Shown: positions 1-10,855 of the stretch, piece by piece
Numbering within the stretch: the first letter of the stretch is position 1
How the letters are laid out: each line of letters opens with the position of its first letter
NCBI GenBank assembly: GCA_011525365.1
Contig: WTGQ01000002.1
Location: 473,064-537,063, forward strand
Reading direction: 5' to 3'
Length of the DNA stretch: 64,000 nt
DNA from: Acidobacteriota bacterium
GTDB lineage: Bacteria > Acidobacteriota > Thermoanaerobaculia > Multivoradales > Multivoraceae
Notes under the pieces: model-generated
Databases searched by the model: none
Told to the model about the DNA's origin: nothing
What the model saw: the letters and a program-made list of their open reading frames with translations, nothing else
Position numbers and translations under genes: made by a program

Positions 1-10
1 CCACGAGACG

Positions 11-442
11 ATGCGGCAGGGCGGGAGCACCGAACGCCACGATGCCGTCCTGCCGTGGGGCTTCCTGTACGGCCTCCTGTCCATCGTCCTCTTCCTGGCG
101 GTGATGGCGCTGGGGCTCCGGCGCCGCGGCAGGTTGCCGGCGGGCAGCGGCCGCGCCCTGTGGTCCGGTCTTGCGCTGTACGCCCTCGTCTTCATGTTGC
201 TCGTCCTGAGCTACCGCGGCTACGTCGAGCCGGGCGCCGACCGCGCCCTGTTCGGCTCCTTCCCGCGGCCCTCCGCCTGGATGCTCTACGGCATCTGGCC
301 TCTTCCGCTCCTGTTCACCCTGCTCTACATGTGGCACTTCGATCGCTGGGTGATCAGCGAGGACGAGGTGGCGGAGTTCGAGCGGCTGGCGGCGGAGTCG
401 AAACGCGAGCGGGGGTGTGACGACGCAGGGGGCGACGGCTGA
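11..442 (+). CDS. Small multi-TM membrane protein, DUF4212-like, a putative small subunit associated with the downstream sodium:solute symporter. The true start may be internal.
   Basis: It has hydrophobic helices and a C-terminal 'HFDRWVISEDE' motif resembling the DUF4212 C-terminus. Its stop abuts the start of the SSS transporter gene at 442. Confidence 0.5.
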   Translation: MRQGGSTERHDAVLPWGFLYGLLSIVLFLAVMALGLRRRGRLPAGSGRALWSGLALYALVFMLLVLSYRGYVEPGADRALFGSFPRPSAWMLYGIWPLPLLFTLLYMWHFDRWVISEDEVAEFERLAAESKRERGCDDAGGDG

Positions 443-1923
443 TGGAGGGTGGCGGCAACACCATCATCCTGACCTGCATCGGCATCTACCTCGCCGTCTG
501 CATCGGGGTCGGCCTGTGGGCTCTGCGGCGCACGAAGTCGACCCACGACTTCTTCATGGCGGGGCGGGATCTCGGGATCATCGTCACCGCCCTGGCCGTG
601 TTCTCGAGCACGCTGTCGGGCTTCGGCTTCGTCGGCGGCCCCGGACTCGTCTACCGCATGGGCGTGAGTTCGCTCTGGATGGTCGTCTGCGCCTCGATCG
701 GCTACGTCATCGCCTTCTACCTGCTGGGCAAACGGCTCCGGCTGTTCGCCGAACTGCGGGACTCGATCTCGCTGCCCGACGCGGTCGCGGCGCGCTACCG
801 GAGCGACGCGGCCCGCCTGCTGACCGCCCTGGCCATCCTGCTCGGCGTCATGGGCTACCTGGGAACGCAGATCCTGGCGATGGCGACCGTCCTCCAGGAC
901 ATCCTCCAGACCACCCTGGGACCGGTCAGCATCGAGGCCTGCGTCGCCTTCTCCTGCGCCGTGCTCGTCTTCTACTGCGTCACCGGCGGCATCATCGCCT
1001 CGGTCTACACGGACCTGATCCAGGGCTTCGTGATGATGTTCGCGGCGGTGCTCGTTCTGCTCGCGGCGATCGCGGCCATCGACGGCGGTTTCGCCGGCAT
1101 GAGCGAGACGATCATGGCCGACGACGCGGAGTCGATGGGGCCCTGGGGCGCGGCGGGGATGATGACCTCGCTGTCCTGGTACTTCGTCTTCGCGCTGGGG
1201 CTCGCCGGCCAGCCTCACATCATCACGAAGATGATGATGTGCCGCCGGGTGCGGGACGCGCGCAGCATCCTGCCGATCTCGATCGTCGCCTACGCCGTCT
1301 CGGCGCTGCTCTGGATCAGCATCGGTCTGGTCATGCGGGCACTGGTGCTGCAGGGCGGCCACCCGGAACTCCCGGGCGCCGACGCCGCGGCGCCGCAGTT
1401 CCTGCAGGCGTTCACCCATCCGCTGCTCGCCGGCGTCGTCTTCGCGGGCCTGTTCGCGGCGATCATGTCGACTGCGGACGGCTTCCTGAACATCGGCGCC
1501 GCCGCGGTGATCCACGACATTCCGCGGGCCGTTCTCGGCCGATCGCTGAACAACGAGCTGCTGTTGGCCCGCATCGTCACCGTGATCATCGCGGTCGCCG
1601 CGTCCCTGTTCGCTCTCTACAGCGGCCAGGAGTTCGTCGCCCTGCTCGGCGCCTTCAGCTGGGGCACCTTCGCCGCCGCCCTCGTCCCCGCGGTCGCCAT
1701 CGGCTTCAACTGGAAACGCGCCACCGCCACCGCGGCCTGCGTGGCCATCGGCTCCAGTCTCGTCATCAACTTCTCGATTCAGGCGTTCGGCCTGCCCGTC
1801 CCCTTCGGCATCGACGGCGGGGCACTTTCGCTGCTCGTCTCCCTCACCCTCTTCTTCGGCATCTCGCTGCTTTCCGAGCCGCCGAAGCTGGACCGCGACA
1901 TCGCCGCGGTCATGGACATGTAG
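442..1923 (+). CDS. Sodium:solute symporter (SSS family) transporter
   Basis: 493 aa with about 13 TM segments. It carries the SSS signature region (GRDLG, FSSTLSGFGFVGGPG) and is in 4-nt coupling with the upstream small membrane ORF. Confidence 0.9.
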   Translation: MEGGGNTIILTCIGIYLAVCIGVGLWALRRTKSTHDFFMAGRDLGIIVTALAVFSSTLSGFGFVGGPGLVYRMGVSSLWMVVCASIGYVIAFYLLGKRLRLFAELRDSISLPDAVAARYRSDAARLLTALAILLGVMGYLGTQILAMATVLQDILQTTLGPVSIEACVAFSCAVLVFYCVTGGIIASVYTDLIQGFVMMFAAVLVLLAAIAAIDGGFAGMSETIMADDAESMGPWGAAGMMTSLSWYFVFALGLAGQPHIITKMMMCRRVRDARSILPISIVAYAVSALLWISIGLVMRALVLQGGHPELPGADAAAPQFLQAFTHPLLAGVVFAGLFAAIMSTADGFLNIGAAAVIHDIPRAVLGRSLNNELLLARIVTVIIAVAASLFALYSGQEFVALLGAFSWGTFAAALVPAVAIGFNWKRATATAACVAIGSSLVINFSIQAFGLPVPFGIDGGALSLLVSLTLFFGISLLSEPPKLDRDIAAVMDM

Positions 1924-1942
1924 TCAGGGAGAGGGCCGCCGG

Positions 1943-3067
<1,125 letters not shown>

Positions 3068-3208
3068 TTAGGAAAAATCAGGAAAGTTCAATGGTCCGGT
3101 GGCGATAACCGGACGCTACCATCGGTGCGGAAAGCGCCGCCGACTGGTCTCCGGCCGGGCGTAAACAAGGAGGAAGAGGCAGAAGTAGAACCAAGGGAGG
3201 AAAGGCAC

Positions 3209-3820
3209 ATGCGCAAGCTGCTCATGGAGTGCATCGGCACGCTGTTCCTGATGATGGCCGTGGCCCACAGCGGGAACAACCCCATTGCCGTCGGCCTGAT
3301 GCTGGCGGTGATGGTCTACAGCGGCGGACACCTGTCCGGCGCCCACTTCAACCCGGCAGTGAGCCTGGCCGCGTGGATGCGCGGCAAGCTTGGTGTCGCC
3401 GACATGGTCCAGTACATGGTGGCCCAGCTCGTCGGTGCCTGCCTTGGTTGGCTCGTCCACAGCTACCTCGTGGGCGGCAGCACGGCGCCGATGCCGACCG
3501 AGCATCCGGTCATGCACGGCGTGGTGGCCGAAGCGCTGCTTGCGTTCGCGCTCGTCACCGTCGTACTGAACATGATGTCCTCCCGGTCGGCCGGCAATCC
3601 TGTCGGCGGTCTGGCCATCGGCTTTACACTCTCGGCTGCCCTGTACACGGGCGCGGGTGTTTCCGGTGGTGCGTTCAATCCGGCAGTTGGTATCGGTCCT
3701 CAGGTCATGGAGGCGATCACGGGCGGCGGCTTCGACGCCAACACCCTGGCGCTCTACGGCGTCGGCCCGCTGGTCGGCGGCGCGGTGGCGGCCCTCGTCT
3801 ACAAGTACCTCAACGACTGA
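3209..3820 (+). CDS. aqpZ: Aquaporin (MIP family, AqpZ-like)
   Basis: Two NPA boxes are present (HFNPAVS and FNPAVGIG) across 6 TM helices. A GGGAGG RBS lies upstream of the ATG at 3209. Confidence 0.9.
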   Translation: MRKLLMECIGTLFLMMAVAHSGNNPIAVGLMLAVMVYSGGHLSGAHFNPAVSLAAWMRGKLGVADMVQYMVAQLVGACLGWLVHSYLVGGSTAPMPTEHPVMHGVVAEALLAFALVTVVLNMMSSRSAGNPVGGLAIGFTLSAALYTGAGVSGGAFNPAVGIGPQVMEAITGGGFDANTLALYGVGPLVGGAVAALVYKYLND

Positions 3821-3860
3821 GACTGCTGACGCCGGCGCACGCCGGCGTCTGAAACCGCAC

Positions 3861-5564
3861 GTGACCCGGGTCGCCCGACCGGGGCGCGTTGCGGTGCGTC
3901 TGGCGCTGCCGCTCCTTCTGGCCGCGGCTCCGGCCGCGCCCGCGTTGGCGCAACGGCCCGGAGCGGCGATCGACGTCCTCGACTACCGCTTCGAACTCGA
4001 AGTCTCGGATCGGAGCGACGAGATCGAGGGTCTCGCCACGATCGCCTTTCGCACCCTGCGGCCGGTCGCCGAGGTCGAGTTCGATCTCGATGACCCGGCG
4101 CCGAGCAGCGGCCTGGAAGCCGGCGGCAAGGCGGGCGACGGCCGGCCGGCGGGAGGCATGGTCGTCTCCTCGGCGACGCTTGCCGGCGCGGCGGCGGAAG
4201 CGGCGCAGTCCGGCCGCACTCTCCGGTTCCGGCAGCAGGACGACCGGCTGCTTGTGAGCCTGAACCGCGAGGCTGCGGTCGGTGAACGACTCCTCGTCGA
4301 GATCAGCTATCGCGGCGTACCGGCCGACGGCTTCACGATCGGCACCAACCGGCACGGCGAGCGCACGTTCTTTGCCGACAACTGGCCGAACCGGGCCCAT
4401 CACTGGCTGCCGGTCGTCGACCACCCGTCGGACAAGGCGACCGTGGCGTTCGTCATCACGGCGCCGGCGCACTACCAGGTCGTCGCCACCGGCGCCTTCG
4501 TCGAAGCGGTCGATCTGGAAGGTGGCATGCGTCGCACCGAGTGGAGTAGCCGGGCCCCGATCGCGACCAAGGTGATGGCGGTCGGCGTCGCGCGCTTCGT
4601 CCGGCAGCGCCAGGCGGACGCCTCTGGCGTGCCGGTCGAGACCTGGGTCTACCCGCAGGATCGGGAAGTCGGCCTGCGGGCGTTCGCGCCGGGACCGCGG
4701 GTGCTGGGGGCCTTCGAGCGGCGGCTCGGGGACTATCCGTACGCGAAGCTCGCCAACGTGCAGACGACGACCCGCTGGGGCGGCCTCGAGAACGCCGGCA
4801 ACGTCTTCTACGACGAGGACGCGGTCGACCGGGAAGGCGGCATCGAGACCCTGATCGCGCACGAGATCGCCCACCAGTGGTTCGGCGACGCGGTTACCGA
4901 GAGCGACTGGCCCCACGTCTGGCTCAGCGAGGGCTTCGCGACCTACCTGACCGCCTGTTACCTCGAGTGGACGTACGGCCGCGAACGCTTCCTGGAGCAG
5001 ATGGACCGGGCCCGGACGAGGGTCCTGAGCTATGCGGAGGAAGCCCCGGACTCGGTCATCGTGCCGGAGACGGTTCCCGATCCGAGGCGTCTGCTCAGCC
5101 CGAACGTGTACCAGAAGGCTGCCTGGGTGCTGCACATGCTGCGCGGGGAGGTGGGTGACGGCACCTTCTGGAAGGGGATGCGGACGTACTACGAACGCTT
5201 CCGGGACGGCAATGCCTCGACCGCCGATTTCGTGGCGATCATGGAGGAGGTTTCGGGCCGGAAGCTCGACGGGTTCTTCGATCAGTGGCTGCGACGGCCC
5301 GGCGTGCCGCAGCTCGGTGTCGCCTGGCGGTTCGATGAGGCGAGGTCGGCGGTGGAGATGACGGTGCGGCAGACGGGATCGACGACCTACCGGCTGCCGC
5401 TCGACGTCGAGGCGGTGCTCGGCGACGGCCGCGTCGTTCGTGGCCGGGTGGACGTCGCGGGCGCACGAACGGCGGGGTCGCTGCCCGTGCCGGCGCGGGC
5501 TGAGGAGCTGCGGATCGACCCGGACCGCTGGCTGCTGATGCGGTACGCGGTGGAGGAGAGGTAG
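3861..5564 (+). CDS. Secreted M1-family zinc aminopeptidase (aminopeptidase N-like)
   Basis: The N-terminal signal peptide is 'LALPLLLAAAPAAPALA'. It has the HEIAHQWFGD zincin motif followed by WLSEGFATY. The GTG start at 3861 was chosen to avoid overlap with aqpZ. Confidence 0.85.
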   Translation: MTRVARPGRVAVRLALPLLLAAAPAAPALAQRPGAAIDVLDYRFELEVSDRSDEIEGLATIAFRTLRPVAEVEFDLDDPAPSSGLEAGGKAGDGRPAGGMVVSSATLAGAAAEAAQSGRTLRFRQQDDRLLVSLNREAAVGERLLVEISYRGVPADGFTIGTNRHGERTFFADNWPNRAHHWLPVVDHPSDKATVAFVITAPAHYQVVATGAFVEAVDLEGGMRRTEWSSRAPIATKVMAVGVARFVRQRQADASGVPVETWVYPQDREVGLRAFAPGPRVLGAFERRLGDYPYAKLANVQTTTRWGGLENAGNVFYDEDAVDREGGIETLIAHEIAHQWFGDAVTESDWPHVWLSEGFATYLTACYLEWTYGRERFLEQMDRARTRVLSYAEEAPDSVIVPETVPDPRRLLSPNVYQKAAWVLHMLRGEVGDGTFWKGMRTYYERFRDGNASTADFVAIMEEVSGRKLDGFFDQWLRRPGVPQLGVAWRFDEARSAVEMTVRQTGSTTYRLPLDVEAVLGDGRVVRGRVDVAGARTAGSLPVPARAEELRIDPDRWLLMRYAVEER

Positions 5565-5598
5565 GCGTTCCGGGGGTGGGCGGTACCATCGATCCGCC

Positions 5599-6225
5599 AT
5601 GCCCGCAACGGCACCCACCGCAGCCGCCGACTTCGAGCAGGCTCACGCCGGCAGCGCCTTCGGCACGATCCTGGTTGATCCCCCCTGGCAGTTCACGAAC
5701 CGCACCGGCAAGGTGGCGCCCGAGCACCGTCGCCTGAGCCGCTACTCGACGCTGACGCAGGAGGAGATCGGAGCGATTCCGGTCGCCGCCGCCTGCGCTG
5801 AAGCCGCCCATCTCTACCTTTGGGTACCCAACGCCCTCCTTCAGGAGGGCCTCGACGTGATGAAGCGCTGGGGCTTCACCTACAAGACGAACCTGGTCTG
5901 GCACAAGGTGCGCAAGGACGGCGGTCCCGACGGCCGCGGAGTCGGCTTCTACTTCCGCAACACGACGGAACTCATCCTGTTCGGTGTCCGCGGCAAGCTG
6001 CGTACGCTCTCCCCCGGCCGCCGTCAGGTCAACATCATCCGCTCGCGCAAGCGGGAGCACTCCCGCAAGCCGGACGAGCTCTACGACATCATCGAGGCCT
6101 GCAGCCCGGGCCCCTACCTCGAACTGTTCGCCCGCGGCCACCACTCGGAACGCTGGACCGCCTGGGGCGATCAGAGCGCGGACTACGAGCCGGACTGGCC
6201 GACCTACTCGAACGCCGCCCGCTGA
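5599..6225 (+). CDS. MT-A70 family (beta-class) N6-adenine methyltransferase, orphan
   Basis: 208 aa. It has the canonical DPPW catalytic motif at residues 27-30 and a downstream 'TNLVWHK..GxG' SAM-binding region. No adjacent restriction endonuclease gene is present. Confidence 0.8.
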   Translation: MPATAPTAAADFEQAHAGSAFGTILVDPPWQFTNRTGKVAPEHRRLSRYSTLTQEEIGAIPVAAACAEAAHLYLWVPNALLQEGLDVMKRWGFTYKTNLVWHKVRKDGGPDGRGVGFYFRNTTELILFGVRGKLRTLSPGRRQVNIIRSRKREHSRKPDELYDIIEACSPGPYLELFARGHHSERWTAWGDQSADYEPDWPTYSNAAR

Positions 6226-6236
6226 AGGAGACGGCC

Positions 6237-6524
6237 ATGTGCAGGAACATCCGCGTCCTCTACAACTTCGAACCGCCTGCCAACGAGGGGGAAGTGCGCG
6301 CCGCGGCTCTGCAGTACGTGCGCAAGGTCAGCGGTTCGACGAAGCCGTCGCGCGCCAACGAAGCCGCCTTCGAACGGGCGGTCGACGCCGTCGCTGAGGT
6401 GACTACCCGGTTGCTCCAGGAACTCACGACGACCGCGCCGCCTCGCAACCGGGAGGCCGAAGCGGAGAAGGCGCGTGAGCGCTGGCGGCGGCGCCAGCAA
6501 CGGATCGCCGCGGCTTCGGCGTAA
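6237..6524 (+). CDS. DUF2277-like small protein
   Basis: 95 aa beginning 'MCRNIRVLYNFEPPANEGEVRAAALQYVRKVSGSTKPSRANEAAF', typical of the DUF2277 family. It starts 12 nt after the methyltransferase stop. Confidence 0.6.
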   Translation: MCRNIRVLYNFEPPANEGEVRAAALQYVRKVSGSTKPSRANEAAFERAVDAVAEVTTRLLQELTTTAPPRNREAEAEKARERWRRRQQRIAAASA

Positions 6525-7799
6525 CTAGCTCGACGCCGCGCCCGCCGTCTCCGCCGCCACCACCTCGTCGTAGTAGTCGATGACGCGGCGCACGTAGGCC
6601 CGCTTCTCGATGTAGCTGCCCGGGTAGAAGCTGCGCTTGAAGCCGTAGATGATCACGTTGCGCAGGTCCTCGAGCGACAGATCGAAGGCCTCGCAGGCGG
6701 AGGCGATCTCTCTGGTCACGGTGGTGCGGGACATGAGCCGGTTGTCGGTGCACAGGGTGACCGAGAGCCGGTCCTTCATCATGCGGCCGAAGGGGTGGTC
6801 CGAGAACCGTTCGAGGCGCTGGATGCTCTGCAGGTTCGAGGTGATGCAGACCTCGAGGGTGATCCGCCGGTCGCTGATGTACTGGGCCAGGCTGCGGATG
6901 TAGCGCTCCGGGTCCCTGGCCGCGGCCGAGTCCGGATGGTCGCGTCGGAGGCGGTCGGCCGCGTAGAGGTGTGTGCCGTGGCCGATGCGGTCGGCCTGAA
7001 GCAGCGTGATCGCCTGGAAGATGCTCTCCGGCCCGTAGGCCTCGCCGGCGTGGATCGTCTTCTTCAGGAAGTGTTGCTGCGCGTACAGGAAGGCGTCGCG
7101 GTGCACTGCGGCGGGGTTGCCCGCTTCGGCGCCGGCCAGGTCGAAGGCGACGACGGGCAGCCCGAGCCGGTCGCGGGCCTCGACGACGGAACGGGCCAGC
7201 GACAGCGAGGCGGCGGCGTAGATTTCCGGTTTGGTCCAGCCGTGAAGCGCGGTGAACAGCCCCCGGTAGTAGGGGCTGTGGCCGGGACCGAACATGCGCA
7301 GCGCGCAGGCGATGATCCCGTAGCGGAAGGGCGGCTCGGCGCCGTTCCGCACGTCTTCGGTCGCTTCGTGCTCGCGCTGGACGCGGGCGAGCCCGCGGTC
7401 GACCGCGGCCAGCACGCCGGCGATGTCGAGATCGGGCCCGGTGTGGAGCTGCGGCGCCAGCCGCACCTCCACGTAGCAGACGTTCTCGGCCAGGTTGTCG
7501 GCGCCGAGCTCGTAGGCGGCCCGTTCCAGTGCTTCAGCGGTGCACAGCGCGGGCGACGTGTAGGAAAAGGCGCGCAGATAGTCCTCGAGGTCGTCGTAGC
7601 GCTCCTTGAAGACGAGGTCGAGGAGACCCTCCGGCGTCCGGGACGGGAGTTCCAGGCCGGCGTCGCGCGAAAGCTCGATCAGGGTGTCGAGCCGGAGCGA
7701 ACCGTCGAGGTGAACGTGAAGGTCGGTCTTCGGCAGCTTGCCGATGAGATCGGCGCGAGAGAGCGGTGCGTTCAAGTCGGTAACATGCGCGGTCTGCAT
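6525..7799 (-). CDS. add: Adenosine deaminase
   Basis: Adenosine/AMP deaminase family motifs are present (DLHVHLDGS, ITLEVCITSN, TDN). The start was chosen at 'MQTAHVTDLNAPL'. The long upstream extension of the ORF is antisense to the neighbouring gene. Confidence 0.88.
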   Translation of the reverse strand: MQTAHVTDLNAPLSRADLIGKLPKTDLHVHLDGSLRLDTLIELSRDAGLELPSRTPEGLLDLVFKERYDDLEDYLRAFSYTSPALCTAEALERAAYELGADNLAENVCYVEVRLAPQLHTGPDLDIAGVLAAVDRGLARVQREHEATEDVRNGAEPPFRYGIIACALRMFGPGHSPYYRGLFTALHGWTKPEIYAAASLSLARSVVEARDRLGLPVVAFDLAGAEAGNPAAVHRDAFLYAQQHFLKKTIHAGEAYGPESIFQAITLLQADRIGHGTHLYAADRLRRDHPDSAAARDPERYIRSLAQYISDRRITLEVCITSNLQSIQRLERFSDHPFGRMMKDRLSVTLCTDNRLMSRTTVTREIASACEAFDLSLEDLRNVIIYGFKRSFYPGSYIEKRAYVRRVIDYYDEVVAAETAGAASS

Positions 7800-7838
7800 G
7801 GCGCAGTGTACAGCGGACTTCCGGCAGGGAGCGAGACG

Positions 7839-9209
7839 ATGACGACGACCAGGCGTTCCTTTCTTCACGGCATGGGCGGTCTCGGAGCCGTCGCTACCGG
7901 GCTCGGCGCGACGGGCGCCGCGTTCGCGGGACCGGTGCGCGGCAGGGCCGTGCCCGCGAGCGATCACATCCGGGTCGGCGCGATCGGCGTGAGGGGCATG
8001 GGCTCGAGCAACATGCGTTCGATGCTCGACATCGACGGGGTGGAGTGCGCGGCTCTCTGCGACGTCGACCGGAACGTCCTCGATGAACGGATCGAGGACT
8101 TCGAGAAGCTGACGGACAGCAGGCCGGACGGGTACACCGACTACCGCAAGCTGCTCGAGGACGACGAGATCGACGCGGTGATCATCGCCACACCGGACCA
8201 CTGGCACTGCAAGATCATGGTCGACGCCTGCGAGGCGGGGAAGGACGTCTACGTCGAGAAGCCGATGGCGAACTCGATCGAGGAGGTCCGCATCATGCAG
8301 CAGGCGGCCAGGGCCTACGGTCGGGTGGTTCAGGTCGGCCAGTGGCAGCGCTCGGGCAAGCACTGGCAGGACGCGATGGAGTACCTCTGGTCCGGTGAGC
8401 TGGGCCAGATTCGCACCGCCAGGGCCTGGGCCTACATGAGCTGGGACGCGCCGATGCCGGTGCCGGACTCGAAGCCGCCCAAGGGTGTCGACTACGACAT
8501 GTGGCTGGGCCCCGCGCCGAAGCGTCCCTTCAACGAACGCCGGTTCCACTGGGACTTCCGCTGGTACTGGGACTACGCGGGCGGCCTGATGACGGACTGG
8601 GGCGTCCACCTGATCGACATGGTGCTGATGGGCATGAAGGCGACGGCGCCCAAGTCCGTCATGTCCCTCGGCGGGCCGTTCGGCTATCCGGACAGCGCGA
8701 TGGAGACGCCGGACACGCAGCAGGCGATCTACGAGTACGACGACTTCACGATGGTCTGGGAGCATGGCGTGGGGATCGGCCTGGGCCCCCACCAGCGGGG
8801 ACACGGCGTGTCCTTCGTCGGCAACAGGGGGACCCTGGTCATCGACCGCGGCGGCTGGGAGGTGCTCCCGGAAGTCGGCCGCGAGGACGGCAAGAGGTTC
8901 TACAAGACGCCCGCCATCCCGGAGCGGGAAGCTTCCCGGAGCCAGCGGGGGCTGGCCCAGCACACCGAGGACTTCATCGACTGCATGAAGACCCGGGAGC
9001 AGCCGCGCTGCAACGCGGACGTCGGCGCTCTGGTCGCCGTGAACGCGCACCTGGGCAACATCGCGTTCCGCACCGGCCGGCGGGTCTACTGGGATCACGA
9101 GGCGGAACGCTTCGCGGGTGACGAGGAGGCGAACGCGCTGCTCCGGGCCGAGTACCACAACGGCTGGCGGCTTCCCCAGGTGACGGGCGCCGAGGCGTCG
9201 GCCGGCTGA
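7839..9209 (+). CDS. Gfo/Idh/MocA family oxidoreductase with Tat signal peptide
   Basis: A twin-arginine motif 'TRRSFLHGMGGLGAVATG' is followed by a Rossmann NAD(P) region 'IRVGAIGVRGMGSS' and an EKPMA motif. The start was chosen at the ATG at 7839. Confidence 0.88.
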   Translation: MTTTRRSFLHGMGGLGAVATGLGATGAAFAGPVRGRAVPASDHIRVGAIGVRGMGSSNMRSMLDIDGVECAALCDVDRNVLDERIEDFEKLTDSRPDGYTDYRKLLEDDEIDAVIIATPDHWHCKIMVDACEAGKDVYVEKPMANSIEEVRIMQQAARAYGRVVQVGQWQRSGKHWQDAMEYLWSGELGQIRTARAWAYMSWDAPMPVPDSKPPKGVDYDMWLGPAPKRPFNERRFHWDFRWYWDYAGGLMTDWGVHLIDMVLMGMKATAPKSVMSLGGPFGYPDSAMETPDTQQAIYEYDDFTMVWEHGVGIGLGPHQRGHGVSFVGNRGTLVIDRGGWEVLPEVGREDGKRFYKTPAIPEREASRSQRGLAQHTEDFIDCMKTREQPRCNADVGALVAVNAHLGNIAFRTGRRVYWDHEAERFAGDEEANALLRAEYHNGWRLPQVTGAEASAG

Positions 9210-9210
9210 G

Positions 9211-10116
9211 GTGACCGAACTCGAAGACCGACGGCTCGGCGCCGCGACCATCCTGTTCGGCGCCGGTGGCGGAAAGTACCCGGACAACAACGCCCTGCTG
9301 ATCGAGGGCGCCGAGTCGACGATGCTCGTCGACCCGTCGCTTGGCGTCCGGGTCCGGGGCCGGGGCGCTCTCCCGTCAGTCGACCTCGCCCTGCTCAGCC
9401 ACTGCCACGAGGACCACACGGCCGCGCTGCCGCTGTTCCGGGACGCTCCGGTGTACGTCCACGAGGAGGATCTGGCGGGGCTGCTCGACTTCGACGGCTT
9501 TCTCGCCATCTTCGGCGTCGAGCCGGAGCGCCGCGAGGAGTACGGCAACGCCCTGAAGACGACGTTCTTCTACGAGCCGCGGCCGGACGCCGTGCCGTTC
9601 CGGGACGGCGACCTGTTCGACCTCGGCGGCGGCGTCTCGGTCCGCGTCATCCACACCCCCGGCCATACCCGCGGCCACTGCGTCCTCCTGGTCGAGCCCG
9701 ACGGCGTCCTGTTCCTGGGCGACATCGACCTGACAGGGTTCGGCCCGTACTACGGCGACGCCTGGTCCGACCTGGAAGCGTTCGAACGTTCGCTCGAGCT
9801 CGTGCGCGGTGTGGACGCAGCGCACTACGTCACCGGCCACCACATCGGCCTGCTCGACGACCGCGCCGCCTTTCTCGACCGCCTCGACCGCTACGTGGCC
9901 CGCATAGCCGACCGCGAAGGGCGCCTGCTCGAGTACCTGGCGGAGCCGCGGACGATGGACGAGATCGTCGCGCACCGCTTCGTCTACCGTCCGCACGACC
10001 AGGGGGCCGGCATTCCGAAGGCCGAACGGCGTAGCGCGCAGCTTCATCTCGAACGACTCGATCGCGCCGGCCGCGTCGAACGGGAGGGGTCGAAGTACCG
10101 CGCGACGGCCCGCTAG
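9211..10116 (+). CDS. MBL-fold metallo-hydrolase
   Basis: An HCHEDH metal-binding motif is present (LLSHCHEDHTAALP), together with downstream TPGHTRGH. Confidence 0.85.
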   Translation: MTELEDRRLGAATILFGAGGGKYPDNNALLIEGAESTMLVDPSLGVRVRGRGALPSVDLALLSHCHEDHTAALPLFRDAPVYVHEEDLAGLLDFDGFLAIFGVEPERREEYGNALKTTFFYEPRPDAVPFRDGDLFDLGGGVSVRVIHTPGHTRGHCVLLVEPDGVLFLGDIDLTGFGPYYGDAWSDLEAFERSLELVRGVDAAHYVTGHHIGLLDDRAAFLDRLDRYVARIADREGRLLEYLAEPRTMDEIVAHRFVYRPHDQGAGIPKAERRSAQLHLERLDRAGRVEREGSKYRATAR

Positions 10117-10157
10117 ACTCCATAGCTGGCTGGACGGCCGCAACACGGAGGGCACGC

Positions 10158-10754
10158 GTGAAGGCAACGATCGGCTCCCTCACCAACCTGATCGTCATCC
10201 TGGCGATCGTCGGTCCCCTGGCAGTGGCGGGGTCAGCGGCCGGGGCCGAAGCGGAACCGGTCGACCGGAAGCTCCTCGAGCCGGACGATGTCTACCCGGT
10301 CACTTCGGACCAGTTTCGCGCCGTGCTGGACCACCATCGCGGCAAGGTGGTCATGGTGAACATCTGGGCCACGTGGTGCAAGCCTTGCCTGGATGAACTG
10401 CCGGCTCTCGACGGACTGCAGCAGACCTTCGCGGACCGGCTGAAGGTGCTTGCGGTCTCAGCGGATGATCCGAAGGCGATGAAGAAGATCCGGCGCTACT
10501 TCACGAAGAACGCTCCCGGTCTGATCTCGTACGTCGCGGTCGGGCCACCGCTTGAGCAAGGCCGAAAGAAGAAAAGGGAGCGGTGGGAGGAGGGAAGGGA
10601 GTTCATCCGCGCGTTCTACGAGAACTGGCCGTCCAAGTTCCCGACGACCCTGATCTACGATGCGGAGGGCCGGCTCGTGGAGACCGTGGTCGGCACGCGC
10701 ACCTACCTCCAGTTCGCGAGGCTGTTCGAAGGGGCGCTCGAAACCGAGCCCTAG
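10158..10754 (+). CDS. TlpA-family thiol:disulfide oxidoreductase (thioredoxin fold), membrane-anchored
   Basis: An N-terminal TM/signal is followed by the WATWCKPC active site (WCxxC). Confidence 0.85.
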   Translation: MKATIGSLTNLIVILAIVGPLAVAGSAAGAEAEPVDRKLLEPDDVYPVTSDQFRAVLDHHRGKVVMVNIWATWCKPCLDELPALDGLQQTFADRLKVLAVSADDPKAMKKIRRYFTKNAPGLISYVAVGPPLEQGRKKKRERWEEGREFIRAFYENWPSKFPTTLIYDAEGRLVETVVGTRTYLQFARLFEGALETEP

Positions 10755-10855
10755 ACCCGGGCGAAGCAGAGTAGCGGCGGCGACGGGTCTATACTGCGGG
10801 CCGGATAGAGCCTGCTCCCACGGAGTCGGGCGCCGCCGGGAACAGGAGGTTCGCA

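Noticed and set aside
325-1515. 396-aa minus-strand ORF antisense to the sodium:solute symporter gene. Other similar very long antisense ORFs are at 3810-5618, 12442-14223, 17192-18460, 18243-20009, 25925-27130, 27583-29208, 37990-39873 and 42303-43760.
   Set aside because: All are extremely Arg/Pro/Gly/Ala-rich with no domain signatures. They lie opposite genes with clear family motifs. This is the expected stop-codon depletion in antisense frames of ~70%-GC DNA.
6795-7838. Long N-terminal extension (348 codons) of the Gfo/Idh/MocA ORF
   Set aside because: The extension is antisense to adenosine deaminase and has no homology. The ATG at 7839 precedes a textbook Tat signal peptide.
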